A stretch of 63,713 bases of DNA, filler included, from Octopus bimaculoides (taxonomy: Eukaryota): NCBI RefSeq assembly GCF_001194135.2. It is 4 parts of 4 records of this genome, joined end to end, with 100 filler letters (N's around TTAATTAATTAA, not from the genome) between each part and the next. Parts side by side here need not be neighbours in the genome. Positions count along the whole stretch, not along the records: positions 1 to 28,067 come from NC_068988.1; positions 28,168 to 59,019 come from NC_068984.1; 2 more parts are not named here. The stretch is one strand, 5' to 3'. Numbering within the stretch: position 1 is the stretch's first letter; each line of letters starts with the position of its first letter. A model generated the notes under the pieces. That model did not search any database and was not told where the DNA came from. It saw only the letters and a program-made list of their open reading frames with translations. Shown here piece after piece: positions 24,551 to 38,137 of this stretch. The position numbers and the translations under genes are program-made.

Positions 24551-24882
24551 CAGGCCTGTCCAGCTCGAATTACATTGCAGGCCACTTTAATCACAGAAAG
24601 TTTTTAGAGGGCCACTTGTATATTGACAAAATTGAAAGCATTTTGTTTTCTCATGCTATTATTACAATAATGAACGAATAGCTGTTGATTCAACATGAAA
24701 TATTATCGTTGCAAAAACAGTAGTGTCTTCCTTTTTTACTTTCCATTGCAATCTTTAATTTTTGATAAAATTTTGAAAAATGTTTGTTAAAATAAACCCA
24801 TTTCAAGAAAGTTTCAAGCAGGCCTCAAGATAAAAGTCTGCAGGCCACATGTGGCCTGTAGGCCTTGGGTTGGCCAACCCTG
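24551..24882. mobile_element. hAT (Charlie/Buster-like) MITE
   Basis: Termini caggcctgtccagc / gttggccaaccctg; imperfect 8-bp TSD acgtgaac / atgtaaac; subterminal ggccacatgtggcc palindrome. Confidence 0.7.
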
Positions 24883-25194
24883 ATGTAAACCTTTCTCAGT
24901 TCAAGCATTTCAAAAATATGGAGTGCTGTAATTGAAGAAGGCTTATGTGATGGATAAATCTCCTGATTTGAAATGTAAATATTTCAAAATATCGCGGTTT
25001 GGTTTGACTTCATTACTACAACTTGTATGACTTAATGCCAGTACAAACTAACTGGTCCAGACTCCATTTATGCAGCATCTCTAACAATGATTTGGAGTTA
25101 TTTCTTATATTTGACTTCAGTCGAAATCTGCTTCTTAGAGTAACATGATGTGTGTGTGTGTGTGTGTGAGCGAATGAATGTTTGTGTCTCTCTC

Positions 25195-25430
25195 TTGCCC
25201 TTGCATGATAGGTGTTGTAAAATGATTGTCACTGTCATACAGTGTCATGCAGTGACATTTATTTCCATTAATCTATAAGAATGTATCTGGCCATGGGGAC
25301 ATATTACCTTGCCTGGGAACAAGGCGAGTGTTGGCAACAGGAAGGGCATCTGGGCATAGAAAAATCTGCCTCAATAAACTCAGTCTGACCCATGCAAGCC
25401 TGGGAAAGTGGATGTTAAAATGATGATGGT
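25195..25430 (+). mobile_element. Family E RTE-like 3' UTR/SINE copy
   Basis: Matches 19330-19620 and ends in a (GAT/GGT)n tail. Confidence 0.6.
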
Positions 25431-26182
25431 GGTGGTGGTGGTGGTGGTGGGATGATAATGATGATGATGAAGGTGGTGGTGGTGTTGATGATAATGGTGG
25501 TGGTGGTGATGATGATGATGTTGATGATAGTGGTGGTGGTGATGATGATGATGGTGGTGGTGGTGGTGATGATGATGGTTAGAGACTTAGGCTTGCCAAT
25601 GGCTTAATATGGTGGTTGCACGGGTGGCAGGGAGGAAAAGCTATTGTTTAGATAACATAAATACTCAGAACTGCTCCAGTTCCATGTTTGCTGCTCGGTG
25701 TTGCTGAAAGAAACTGCTCTGCTAATAATATCAGGAAAAATCCAAGAAGAAACATTTACATTTTTTTGTATCAATAATTTATGCATCTATGCTTTTACAT
25801 GCATACTGAATGCACGTCTTGCTTGTGCATCCTCTCCTCTATATAAGGCTTTCCATAAACCTTTATACAATGAAATACTGAATGCTCTGCATCACTGCAG
25901 TAGAATACAATATATTGAGATATATTTCTTGATAATATAAACTACACTCCTGTCATTGTTGAAGTACTTTAATGTGGAATTAGGTCAGTGGAATTTCAAA
26001 GGTATTGTTCATATTTTCTCATTATGTGGGAGAATTCATTGTTACATTTAGGCTCGTCCTACCAAACGAATCAAGATTTGCCAACCTACACAAAACCTAA
26101 TACATGGAAGTGCTTGAGAGCTCTACATCTCAGCTACAAAACGGAATATGTTGACATACATTTCTAAATTATATACAATAGA

Positions 26183-26223
<41 letters not shown>

Positions 26224-26479
26224 TTATGTGTGTATAAACATATATATATTATAGATGTATGCACACACACATATGCACATATATAAGGTGGACGTTAAAC
26301 GATGATGACGATGATATTATATGTTTTCTTGTTTATCTTTTACTTGTTTCAGTCATTTTTGGCAGTGGCCATGCTGGGGCACTACTATGAACAGTTTTAG
26401 TTGGACAAATTGACCTCAAGACTTACTTTTTATAGCCTAGTACTAGTACTTATTCTATTGCTCTCTCTCTCTCTCTTTC

Positions 26480-26532
<53 letters not shown>

Positions 26533-26596
26533 ACACATATATATATACATACATACATACATACACACACATATATATATACATACATATATACAT

Positions 26597-26627
<31 letters not shown>

Positions 26628-26654
26628 CATATAGATAGATAGATACAGACACAC

Positions 26655-26701
<47 letters not shown>

Positions 26702-28018
26702 CATAGATATGCGTATATTCTTGATCATGCACACACACACATACATATATAGGAATTGGTATTGTACTGTGAAACATGCTATTAACAATAGAAAAAATTA
26801 GCCATAAGTAATTGATTTATTTTTTCTTTATTTACTCATATACAGATATAAAATATCTGGATTTACATAAGGAAATGACTGAGAGCCAGTTATAGCAGTA
26901 CTCCATCACTTCTTTGGGAAAATTCAGACAAATATGTATGCTATGGAAATACGTTTGTTTTAAAGGAGCAATTGAAACTGTTTTTCTCAAATACAAAGGC
27001 GTTAGGAAGAGCATTGACATTAGGAAGGGCATCCAGATGTAGAAACTATACCAGATCAGACTTGAGTCTGATGCAGCTCCTCAGCTTACCAGCCCTGGTC
27101 AAACCGTCCAATCTATGCCAGCATGGACAGCTGGACAATAAATGACGAAGATGATGATGAAAGACACAATACATCTGACAGTTATGATTTTACAGTAATG
27201 CTGCTATACTGGGCATCCATCAGACTCAATTGATCCTGTGTTTGCATATATAGATATATGCAGGCTTTGGCAAGAATGTTTGAAGCAGACTAGCAGTTGC
27301 CCATGCATACAAGTCACCCTTCTCAGTGCCATTGATCTATATCTGAGGGAAAAAGGCTGCTAGCTTATGCTGTACAGGAATATCTATGGTAATGTTGTTA
27401 GAAAGCAATGAGCTGGAAGCTATGTCACAAAGTATCTTACCTGTCCCTCTGACAGTCACAGCAATCCATTGCTCAATATTGGTACTTTTTTATTGACACT
27501 GAAAGGATTAAAAAAAAAAAAAGGTAAAATTAACCATAGCAGGATTTGAACTCAGAGCACTAAGGTCTGCAACAATCATCATCATAAGACTTTTTACCTC
27601 ATGCTCTACCAACACTGCCAATTTGCAGTTACTTTTCTTAGAATACCTGCAATATTGTAGGGCAGCATAACCTTGCACCAAATACCATAATAGCAGGCGA
27701 TGAAAGCATACTGGATTTTCCAATGTGCAAGCATTCAATTAGAAAGTAGTTTGATATTTTAATTTTTCTGTAATTCCTTCTTTCTTTATTTCTTCCATTG
27801 TATTTTTTTTTTGTCTTTTCATATTTCCGAATATTAAAAAAAATAGTTTTATTTTATTATTTTTTAATATTTTTTGCTTTTAATGATTTGCTCTTTATCA
27901 ACATTCAAATTAAAATTAGCAGAGCTTGGTTACAATATGTACATGTATATATATGCATATGTGATTAGATAAACATATACGTGTGTGTGTATGTATAGGG
28001 ATGCATGTACAAATACAG

Positions 28019-28067
<49 letters not shown>

Positions 28068-28319
28068 NNNNNNNNNNNNNNNNNNNNNNNNNNNNNNNNN
28101 NNNNNNNNNNNTTAATTAATTAANNNNNNNNNNNNNNNNNNNNNNNNNNNNNNNNNNNNNNNNNNNNAGAGAGAGAGAGAGAGAGATACAGGGCGACGCA
28201 GAAACAGAGACAATGAGAAAAAAAGGGCAGACAAGGCTCTGAGGTCTTGAATATTTCCACTGCATGAGAATTATTTCCTATTTCACGCTCGACGGATTAA
28301 TGCCTAAAGAGGGAAATTA

Positions 28320-29262
28320 TCACTTTTCTGCCATATCCAATGGCTGGCCCTCTCAACTGTCGCCTGGATCTCCTTGAAGATGGTGTTTGCATACCTATGT
28401 TGAACACCAGTTGATAACAGCCACCGTCTCAGTCTGGTCCCAATAAAATCCCTACATCCATCTTCTACAGGAAAGTGAGGAAAGTGTACGGCACTACAAC
28501 TAGCATCTATACAGTCTTCCAGCGTTCATGTGGAACAGTTTATTCAACAAGATGTATTGTCTTACGTACCCTACACTATAATGACATACCCGGTTTCTTC
28601 CTTGTTGGTATTGGAAGAAGACATTCAGACCCTGCAAGATCTGCTGCTCGGAAATCCGACTCACATGTTAAAATAGCTGTGCATGGGGAACAGAGTTCGT
28701 GGTATGTAAAGAGTTGTCCAATGTCGCAGGAGTGAAAAGAGTACAAAGAAACTGCGCAAGAGACGTCGTATGCAATGCACGTGGTGGGGTATNNNNNNNN
28801 NNATATCCAATGGCTGGCCCTCTCAACTGTCGCCTGGATCTCCTTGAAGATGGTGTTTGCATACCTATGTTGAACACCAGTTGATAACAGCCACCGTCTC
28901 AGTCTGGTCCCAATAAAATCCCTACATCCATCTTCTACAGGAAAGTGAGGAAAGTGTACGGCACTACAACTAGCATCTATACAGTCTTCCAGCGTTCATG
29001 TGGAACAGTTTATTCAACAAGATGTATTGTCTTACGTACCCTACACTATAATGACATACCCGGTTTCTTCCTTGTTGGTATTGGAAGAAGACATTCAGAC
29101 CCTGCAAGATCTGCTGCTCGGAAATCCGACTCACATGTTAAAATAGCTGTGCATGGGGAACAGAGTTCGTGGTATGTAAAGAGTTGTCCAATGTCGCAGG
29201 AGTGAAAAGAGTACAAAGAAACTGCGCAAGAGACGTCGTATGCAATGCACGTGGTGGGGTAT
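28320..29262 (-). pseudogene. HERO-like (restriction-like endonuclease) LINE C-terminal fragment, duplicated across a small gap
   Basis: Minus strand ADLAGSECLLPIPTRKKPGMSL*CRVRKTIHLVE*TVPHE...HFPVEDGCRDFIG...IQATVERASHWIW, resembling the PD..ELTVP..FPVEVGCRGF..AERASRWLW signature. The ~460-bp unit appears twice, apparently identical, around an 11-N gap. Confidence 0.7.
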
Positions 29263-29376
29263 ATCTGTGTGGGAGCTTGAAAATTAGTGAAATATATTTA
29301 TGGCTGGTAATGTACTGGCTCCAAAAAATAAATTTCGATGGAAAAAAAATTACTACGCATTAATATAAGTACATAC

Positions 29377-30381
29377 GGGCACTTTTCAACAGCTCGCCTC
29401 CTTGACTCAGCTGCAGCCCTGGATTCCGCGTAGACCGAGGAGGGGCGCTTGGCACCTCGAGTGCCGTCAAGCGCTCACAGCTCTCCGCCAGGTGGGCAAT
29501 GCGGTAGGAGGTAGCTCCACTCTAGCGTTCTATAAAGGGCTAGTGGGGGGTGGGAAAGTGCAACGATGTTCTCGGAGAAAATCTAGGCGTCGACGAGGAT
29601 CAATTAACCGGTCTATTTCGGAAAACTTTCGGGCTTGGGCTTATGGATAACTTCCAGAAATCCTTTGCCAGGCAGTGCTACCGAGGGGCGCTGCCTGTTC
29701 GAGATAAACTTTACAGGTACGGAAGTGCCGTCAGCCGGGCCTGCCCAAGGTGTGTGCAGAGTGATGAAACCGTTCTGTACGCCCTCGTCCAGTGTCCGAG
29801 TATTGCTGACCTGTGGGTTTATGTCGAACACCTGCTGTCGCGTGTAGGACGGATCCGGCTATCAGCTGAATCCATAGTGAAGATTGCCCCGGCACACTCC
29901 TTTGAGTGGGAGGGGCAGGCAGTTTTTATTTGTCTAGTGGCTGTAGCGAAAGAGGTAGTATGGTGGACTCGTCTGAAAGGGCTAAAGTCAGACACTTTCC
30001 TCTTTGGCCAAGTCTTCATCAACTTTTTCAAGTTTCACTTGAAAAGTAAGTTGAGAGTGGAGAGGAAAGTGTTGCCTTCTTGCAAGTTGGTTGAAAGGTG
30101 GGTGAATGTTGGAAGAATGGCCAGTGTGAAAGGACCAATTCTGAGCGTACACCTGTGAAAGATAAAAGAAGGGTTCTTGCCCTGTTGATCAGGCACCCGG
30201 GGCTTTTGTGACACCCGGGCCTTTAAAGTGCTTCCCCTATGGGGATATTCATGTTGTTTAATTTTTATTGTTTTCAAATGTTTGCACGCTGTAAAACCCT
30301 TTGTCTCGTCTTGTGTTGTCTTTTATGCTGTGTCATGTCATTTTATGTTGTTTTATGTAAGCCCTTGTGGCTAATAAAAGA
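29377..30381 (+). mobile_element. Young 5'-truncated L1/Tx1-clade LINE with an 18-bp TSD
   Basis: TSD attaatataagtacatac at 29359-29376 and 30382-30399. ORF 29550-30158 has a zf-RVT-like C-terminus (RGALPVRDKL..CPRC..DETVLYALVQC), one frameshift at a G run, and AATAAA at the 3' end. Confidence 0.88.
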
Positions 30382-30897
30382 ATTAATATAAGTACATACA
30401 TTATGGTCGAAATGATGGACTAAAGCCCTTCAAGTTTGTGTCTCATATATATTTTTAGAACGTAAACGAAATGTAAACAACCTGCTGAGATCACATATGT
30501 CTCTTCTTGTGTCTAGGAAAGGAAAAATCCACCTTAGTAACTTCAACATTTTTCACTCGTTCATGAGAGAGCAGTAGTTTATATTTATAGCACACCCAAA
30601 CTCGGAGAAACTAAAAGTTTCGTTATGCGTTAATTTGCATAACTGTAGCGTAATTATTTAATTAATCAAATCTTTCATACAGCTTTTGAATAAATAGAGG
30701 AATTAAACTTACTGGTTTATTTTTTTAGTAAACAAATATTTTATGCATTGAGTTTAATAGTTCTATTAATTAATTAAACGCTACCAGTGCTTGAATTACG
30801 GTTTCAAGGGCAGTTGAATCCTATCTGAATACTATAAATTGCTATAAGTTATTATTCTCTCTCCAAAGTAAAGTTACCTTATCGAGAGTTACTTTAT

Positions 30898-31100
30898 AAG
30901 AGCCGGTTTCCCGGTTTCATGACGTATATATTCCCCACCTGAATGAGATGCCGGTCCGTCGCAGGATTACTCGTTATTGTCAGCTGAGTGAACTGGAGCA
31001 AGGTTAAACGAAAAGTTTTGCTCAAAAACACAACGCGAAATCGAAATTACAATCTCACGATCGTGAGTCCAACACTCTAACCACTAAGCCAGGTGCGTCC
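30898..31100 (-). mobile_element. tRNA-derived SINE with a V-SINE-like central motif
   Basis: Minus-strand head tggcttagtggttagagtgttggactc, then ttgagcaaaac..ccttgctccagttcactcagctg..cctgcgacggaccggcatctcattcagg. Confidence 0.6.
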
Positions 31101-32268
31101 ACTAATTCTCTCTGTGGTCAAGATAATATCATAACTAATCACTGATGAAGAGAGAAACAAGCAGTGAAACTAGTCAGTTCGAACTATTTTTCTGGCAACA
31201 GAAAAAAATACCGAGTAGTGCGAACCACAGTGCCTATCTGTCCTGGCGAAGCAAAAATGTATGTTTATAAACCTTCGCTCATAAGGTTACCTTGCATCTC
31301 TATCCAAATGTCGTCCAGTGACATTTGCTAGTTTGATAATACATTGCCAATACTTGCACAACTCTTATACAAATTAGAGCAACTGAAATTATTTCCAGCC
31401 AAGTTTCTCTGCACTTTAAAAAGCCATAAATTTTGATTCTGCTTACTGACAGGAAAATTATTAACTGCTCTCTGATGAGGCGGTAAAAAAGAAAGCTGAA
31501 ATTTCACACCTAAGCTAAATATGTGCAGTTACTATATATCACGCACCCGCAAATTTACCTGAGATCTCTTACTCTCTATTCACACACATAAAGTTTGATA
31601 GAAATACATACATACATACATACATACATACATACATACATACATACCCATAGGCATATAATACATCAACATATGCATACATTCACATACTTACGTGTGT
31701 TGAATGAGTTAAAAATTGTTTGTACGTAAGACTATTATTAGTATTCTGACAAGTATATTAAAAGAGAAGGCCACTGCTGCCATATCGAAATCTCAAGGAC
31801 GTTTGTCGGCTTATATTCTTAATTACTTACTTAGAATATTACATATAAAATATAACAACCAAATTCATTGTCAGACTTTTACCCTTGCATCTTTGGATTA
31901 GCAACTTAAGACAATATAGTGTCAAATTCTTTAACCTTGGCAGATGGCCTAAAACTATTAATGTTATTAGATGTAGTTCGGTCCAGTTTGGTGCATCAGA
32001 TATTTGTCACTGGGTGCAATTATATAGGAAAATAGGTGCATCAGTAAATACACAAAAGAATATATAAATATACAAATAAACAAAGAGGCGAATGAAAGAA
32101 TGAAGGGAATAATGTTATAATACGGCGAATATAGTTTTACGATGTCACTGTGATGGAATTGCTTAAGAAGACAAATATAATGTCATTCTAAATGTTATTT
32201 CACAAATTATAATTACTGCACCTAAATGACTGCGAAGAGTTTATATATTATACAAACACACGCGCGTG

Positions 32269-32303
<35 letters not shown>

Positions 32304-32478
32304 TGTATGATCGTAAAACACAGACGCACACACATACACACAAATATACTTACGTATAAAATTGTGTCTGTGTGTATGTGTGTGCGCACGTGTAAATATT
32401 CATGCATACTATATGTGTAAATATACGTGTGTGTATGCATGCACAGACACATTCATGAAAGCATGATTGTAAATATGC

Positions 32479-32549
<71 letters not shown>

Positions 32550-33047
32550 TACATATATTAGTATATACATGTATATGCATGCGAACATATATTCATTTAT
32601 ATACACTTGCATATAAATATAAACATTTCTATATACATCTATATATATACATAATTACGTATATATGTGTAATATATACATAAATCTAAGTATATATACG
32701 CTTTATACATATGTATGCATGTATTTATGTACAATATACGTAGGAATTACATTAAATCCATAATTTTATAACCTCCGATCGCAACGACGAGCGAAATACC
32801 AAAAAGCATTTCGTCCAGCGTGCTAACGATACTGCCAGCTCGCCGCCTTGTTTACAAGCCACAACAATGGCGAAACATCGGTGTCCATCACTCCCAAATG
32901 AGACTGAAGGTGAGTTACCTCGCCTGCCCATGACTCTGAAGTGTTTTGAGAGTTTATATACTTCATCACGTTATTGCAGTCACCGGAAAATACACGAAGT
33001 ATGTACATTAAATATACGTAGTTAATAATATATGTATATGTATTTGT

Positions 33048-33106
<59 letters not shown>

Positions 33107-33117
33107 CGTGTGCGTGT

Positions 33118-33280
33118 CGTTATTTTGTATTGGTTTACGTCCCCGAAACCAAGCGTTTTGGCATAAGAAACCGATAGAATAAGTACGAGACTTAAAAATG
33201 AGTACTAGGATCGACTTGTTCGACTAAATCCTTCAAGGTGATGCCCCAGTTTGGCCGCAGTCCAATTACTAAAGCAAATA
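33118..33280 (+). mobile_element. SINE family A, 3' half
   Basis: ggtttacgtcccc...gatagaataagtac...tcgacttgttcgactaa...ggccgcagtc. Confidence 0.7.
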
Positions 33281-33649
33281 AAAGTTAAGCATAATATAGC
33301 TTGGCTTGGTCACTGTTGGTTGTCAGTGATTGCTATTTATGTGTTGGACGATAACCTTAATTTGTCGCCCAGTTTAAGACAACAATTTGGCCTTTGTATG
33401 CCTTTGAATGCCTTGGAAAGATTTCACTCTATTCCAAATCTGTCGCACCAGGTTTCACCAGTTTGAAAATAAACCTAACCATGATTTATTCCTACCTTTC
33501 AAACCATAAGTTTCGGATACGCAGTTAAAAGGTCATAAGTATCCCTTTTTTTTTTTTGGACTTCTAGCTTAGCCATAAAAATGTCTTAAAAACAAAAAAA
33601 AATCTTGCGTTATATTTTGATATTAATTTAGTGGTATTCATAAATGGGT

Positions 33650-34170
33650 GATCTAGTAGAATCGTTAGTACGCCGGGCAAAATGCTTGGCACTTCGTGTG
33701 TCGTTATATACAGAGTTCAATTCCCGCTAAGGTGGACTTTGCCTTTCATCCTTTTGAGGTCAATGACTGCTAGCTGAGCATTGGAGTTAATGTAATCGAC
33801 TTAACCCCACCCCGAACTTGCTAGCCTCGTCTCAAAATTTAAAATTAGTATAGTAGCATTCACTAAGGCAGCTAGCTGGTAGGATCGTTAGTACAGCGGA
33901 CGAAATTCTTAGCGGTATTTCGACTGTCTTTACGTTCTGAGATCAAATTCCATCGAGGTCGACTTTACGTTTCAACTTTTGGGGTCGGTAAATAAGTATC
34001 AGTTGAACACTGGGGTTGATGTAATCGACTAGCCCCTTTCCCCGAGCTTCACCGGAGTCGTCTTTGCTTTCATTCTTTCGGGGGCGATAAAATAAGTACT
34101 GAGGTCGATTTAATCGACTCAGCTCCATCCCCAAACCTGCTGGCTCGGTACCAAAAATTAACACCAATAT
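33650..34170 (+). mobile_element. Tandem/nested cluster of SINE family C
   Basis: The block gactt(t)gcctttcatcctt..ggggtcgataaa.taagtac..tcgatgtaatcgact recurs three times with divergence; heads near 33650 and 33870. Confidence 0.75.
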
Positions 34171-34689
34171 AGCATTCATTAGCAATAAACTATTCGCAAA
34201 GGGTGGGGTAATCTCTTAATTAAAACAAATCATAAATCTACAAAATGTCGACTGAATTCCAAAAGACTAATTAATCTAATTTATAAATTTAAATATTCAA
34301 ACACGAAAATTTCAGTGATCATGACGCTAAGTCTTGCTTTTGGGCATTAAATCAGCACTCATTTTCGTCAGTGGATAATTCATCTAAAACCAGGAGCCCT
34401 TGCAACACATTGCATTGCATCATCTTATATTTGTGTCAGTGAGCTGCGGCCATGCTGAGGCACGGCCTTGAAGGGTTTATCAACCCCAGTACTGATTTTT
34501 TCAGAATTCTGGTACTTATTCTATCGGTCTCTTTTGCTGGATCGCTAAATTACGAGGACGTAAACAAACTACCGATTGTCAATCCTTGGTGGAGTGACAC
34601 AGACTCTCTCTCTCTCTCACACACACACATCCACACATACACACGCACATGCACCACACACAAACACGCATGATGAAATCAAGGAGGCA

Positions 34690-35170
34690 AGGGGGTACGT
34701 CTACATGGGTACAGTGATTATGCTTCGAGATATGGATACTGGAATCTCGAACAGGATGGATAGCAATTATTTCAATAAAGGTGTGCTCAAACCAAAAAGC
34801 TAGACAGGAGCATATGTGCTAGACTCTTCAAAAGCATTCTTATACACAAATGAAACCCATGTGTTATTACGAAAAGGGAAGAACATCGATTGGCCACGAT
34901 ACAAAGGGCCATGGAATGATCCATGCAAGGAATATCATTACGAGAGCATATTCGAAACGAAAGAATTTGAGAACGGAGCGGAGTGAACGATGTAATCATC
35001 GAATATAGAAAGTAAAAGTTTCGCTGGGCAGGACATGTCACAAACAGAATACCCGTGCAATTGCTGAGTGATGGAAGGCCTCCACGATAATAGGAAGATA
35101 ATATAGTTAAGCGATTTGGGACAAGATGGAAAAGAATGGCGCAATCAAGAAACAGCTGAAAGCGCATTGT
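34690..35170 (+). pseudogene. RTE-clade LINE ORF C-terminal fragment
   Basis: EEHRLATIQRAME..MQGISLREHIRNERI*ERSGVNDVI..YRK*KFRWAGHV. Confidence 0.8.
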
Positions 35171-35222
35171 AACCTGCGATACATAACTGCATCAGATAGT
35201 CTGATCGATACTTTAGTACACA

Positions 35223-35253
<31 letters not shown>

Positions 35254-35640
35254 TATCGGTGTCGTTTTGGGAGCATTGAGCGTATAAACAAAACACATAG
35301 ACTACGTATACGCGACCTATAATGCCCACATTACTAGAACTGCTTTTAATTTGTAATTTAATTTTCTTTCACGTATGCAATGTCGTAACACATAGACCTT
35401 ACTTTATTTGCATATAAATCACAGACAAGCGATTCGTATCATTTCGAAGTGATCCAAGTACATGGGGTTTATAAGTCACAGAAATATCTACCATACTCGG
35501 TCATCCGAGGCGAGTTGTTTCGACTCGCCTGATACATTTGTTGTTCTTTAACACTCGCGCAGTAAATGAAAGTATAAAGAAAGCGCATATAGTATGTATG
35601 TGCGGCCGATAACACACACACACACACACACATACACACA

Positions 35641-36413
35641 GAGGGTACGGTGAATATATTGTCATCTAAATTAACGCAAAAATGAAAATAACGCTGATAT
35701 CTCATTTTAACAGATATACTTACCAAAATGACAAAAATATTTTGAAATACTAAAGAGTAAATTTATTCAATAAAATCGCCATTGGCTTCAATCACGGTCT
35801 CAAGACGACTTCAGAATTTCCTGCAACTCTTCTGGACAGTCTCCTTGTTTCAGTTGGTGAATGCTGCCATAATCCTTGCCTTCAGTTCATCTTTGGTATT
35901 ACAAGGAGTTTTGTTGATCTCTCGTTCAACTGCGCCCCACACATAATAATCAAGGGGGTTGCAGTCTGGAGTGTTGGCTGGCCAAATGTTTGGGTGATAT
36001 GGTCGCAGAAATTGTCCGACACCCATGTCTGGGTTCTCCTGCATGTGTGGCATGGTGCAGATTCCTGTTGCCAAACACAGGGTCTTCCAGCAGGTATAAC
36101 ATCAACTTCAAACACCATGATGTTGACGGGATATTTGATTTTTATCACTCTCAATACATGTCCTCAGATTACACTGTCCTCACATCAACACCCAAACACT
36201 CTAAAATGTTCGTATTGGAGCTTCCGGCGCGAATGCCAAGCAATACAGCATATCGTTTCCAAATTTCTGGCTGAATGAATTGCGTCATGCTGCTGTTTTT
36301 CTCACAGATTGTGCCCAACTGACCCTACAATACTATGTAGTCGACAAAATCAAAAAGCAATAATGCACGAAATTAAAAATATAAAATGGCGACAATTTAC
36401 CCATCGCACCCTG
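35641..36413 (-). mobile_element. Second copy of the non-autonomous DD37D element
   Basis: TIR ggcgacaatttacccatcgcaccctg-TA; peptide WQQESAPCH...NIWPANTPDCNPLDYYVWGAVERE; homologous to 19804-20705. Confidence 0.88.
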
Positions 36414-36480
<67 letters not shown>

Positions 36481-36484
36481 CTTT

Positions 36485-36875
36485 GATCTTTTACTTGTTT
36501 CATTCATTAGATTGCAGTCATCTTTAAGTCCGCCTTGAAGAATTTTTAGTCCAAGGTATCGATCCCGGTACTTATTATTTTTTTGAAGTCTGGTACTTAC
36601 TTAGTTGGTCACTTTTGCCGAACGAGTAAGTTACGTAGACGTAAACACACCAAAACCGGTTGTCAAACGATAGGCGGGGAGGGGGCAAATACAAACACAG
36701 ACACACACACATATACATAAACATATATACGACGGGCTTCTTTCAGTTTCCGTCTACCAAATCCACTCACAAGGCTTTGGTCGGCCCGAGGCTGTAGTAG
36801 AAGACATTTGCCCAAGGTACTATGCAGCGGGACTGAACCCGGAACCATGCGGTTGGGAAACAAGCTCCTTACCAC
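36485..36875 (-). mobile_element. SINE family A, near full length
   Basis: Head, CORE-like segment, internal microsatellite and tail. Confidence 0.85.
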
Positions 36876-37299
36876 AACGGGTTTCCGTTCAGTTTCCCCC
36901 TACCAAATACACTCAGAAGGGTATAGTAAAATGATACTTGAACCCAAAATCACGTAGCTGGAAAGAGAGTTTCTTAACCACACATCCATGCCTACTAAAG
37001 CATTGAGAAACAGTTGAAAATTGTTAGGCTATCAAAGCAAACCTCATTATTAGGTTCTTTATTAAGTGCTTTAGGTAGAAGTGTTCATCCAAGCATGTTA
37101 ACGAAGCGTAAAGATAAAGCTAGTCATAATAAATGTGTCACAAATTATGTTGCAGATCTTAACAAAGCAAACAAAAACAAGCAAAACCATAAACACAGTA
37201 TCATTATTCATAATTGAAAAATAAGAAAATAATTAGCAATTTTGTATTTAGAGTAATAATGATAGCACACTTCTGCTTTAGATTCTAAACACTGAGAGC

Positions 37300-37520
37300 C
37301 TATACGTAGTAACTCAACATGCTAGAAATAGAAGATAAATCACCTCCCAATCATAACAAACGATAGAAAAATAAAAGGAAGAATACTTTGGAAATAATTT
37401 GGATAATGTAGTCCATGATACTATATTATGCTTAAAAAATATGGGTATGACCGTGGCCGGAAAACCTGTGGTGATATGTCGGCTCGATCAGGTCTAGCCT
37501 GGGGCTAAACAGCAAGCTCA
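37300..37520 (+). mobile_element. SINE family D copy
   Basis: caacatgctagaaatag...ggataatgtagtcc...gatcaggtctagcctggggctaaacagcaa. Confidence 0.65.
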
Positions 37521-38092
37521 GCAACATTCCTACCATGGTTACAACTGCTGTGGTTATAGGATAGTTGCATTGGAATTGTGTGACGTTGCCGTAGAAACGT
37601 TGTGAGATTATGAGTGGTTTATATTATATCTTCAGATGAGTTGGCTGGAGACTGGTTGAGATAATACACCAGAAATCCCTTGAAGCGATTCAGTAATGTT
37701 CTTTAAAATCCGGATTAAGCTCGTTGTTTTTATTTTGTACTTTAGAAAATAATTTCCAAATTTAACCTTTTTACAGCCCTATGAGGTCCATAGAGCCGAT
37801 GACTGACTACGGTTTTTTTTTTGCATTAAGCGGATGAGAAACAAAACTTCAACAGTAAAGTAAGTCAGACTGCCATAGGTAAATTTCCTGGAGGGAAACT
37901 GTCGGTTGACATTTTTTTTTAAATTATCAAAAAACAATGAAAATAAAGCACATTCTGTCCCTGAAATGCAAGGAAGTACCGGCATCGTGAATGAAGTACA
38001 AACTATCAGTTAACAGCCGTATGTATAATGTGTATCATTCTTCGTGGTAAAAGTCTAAGTCCCTTGGGTACTGGAGATAAGGTAGGACAAGT

Positions 38093-38137
38093 GTCGTGCT
38101 GATGAAAACTATTGAGGTAGAAACATGTGTCCACGGC
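38093..38137 (+). ncRNA. Type I hammerhead ribozyme with extended stem I (probable Penelope-like element end)
   Basis: GTCGTG-CTGATGA-AAACT-ATTG-AGGTA-GAAA-CATGT-GTC-CACGGC. Stem I has 6 bp (one G-U) and extends (GGAGAT..GACA / TGTT..ATCTCC); GUC cleavage site; AATAAA downstream. Confidence 0.72.

Noticed and set aside
28112-28123. TTAATTAATTAA island inside an N run (also at 59064-59075 and 62516-62527)
   Set aside because: A palindromic linker with stops in all six frames, centred in a ~100-bp gap each time: a scaffolding artefact.
28330-29262. Apparently exact ~460-bp tandem duplication
   Set aside because: The copies look identical and are separated by an 11-N gap, typical of unmerged overlapping contig ends.
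31142-31180. CTGATGA...GAAACTAGTC hammerhead-like spacing
   Set aside because: No credible stem I or stem II.
31472-31505. CTGATGAGGC...GCTGAAATTTC
   Set aside because: Stem II is marginal and there is no stem I pairing.
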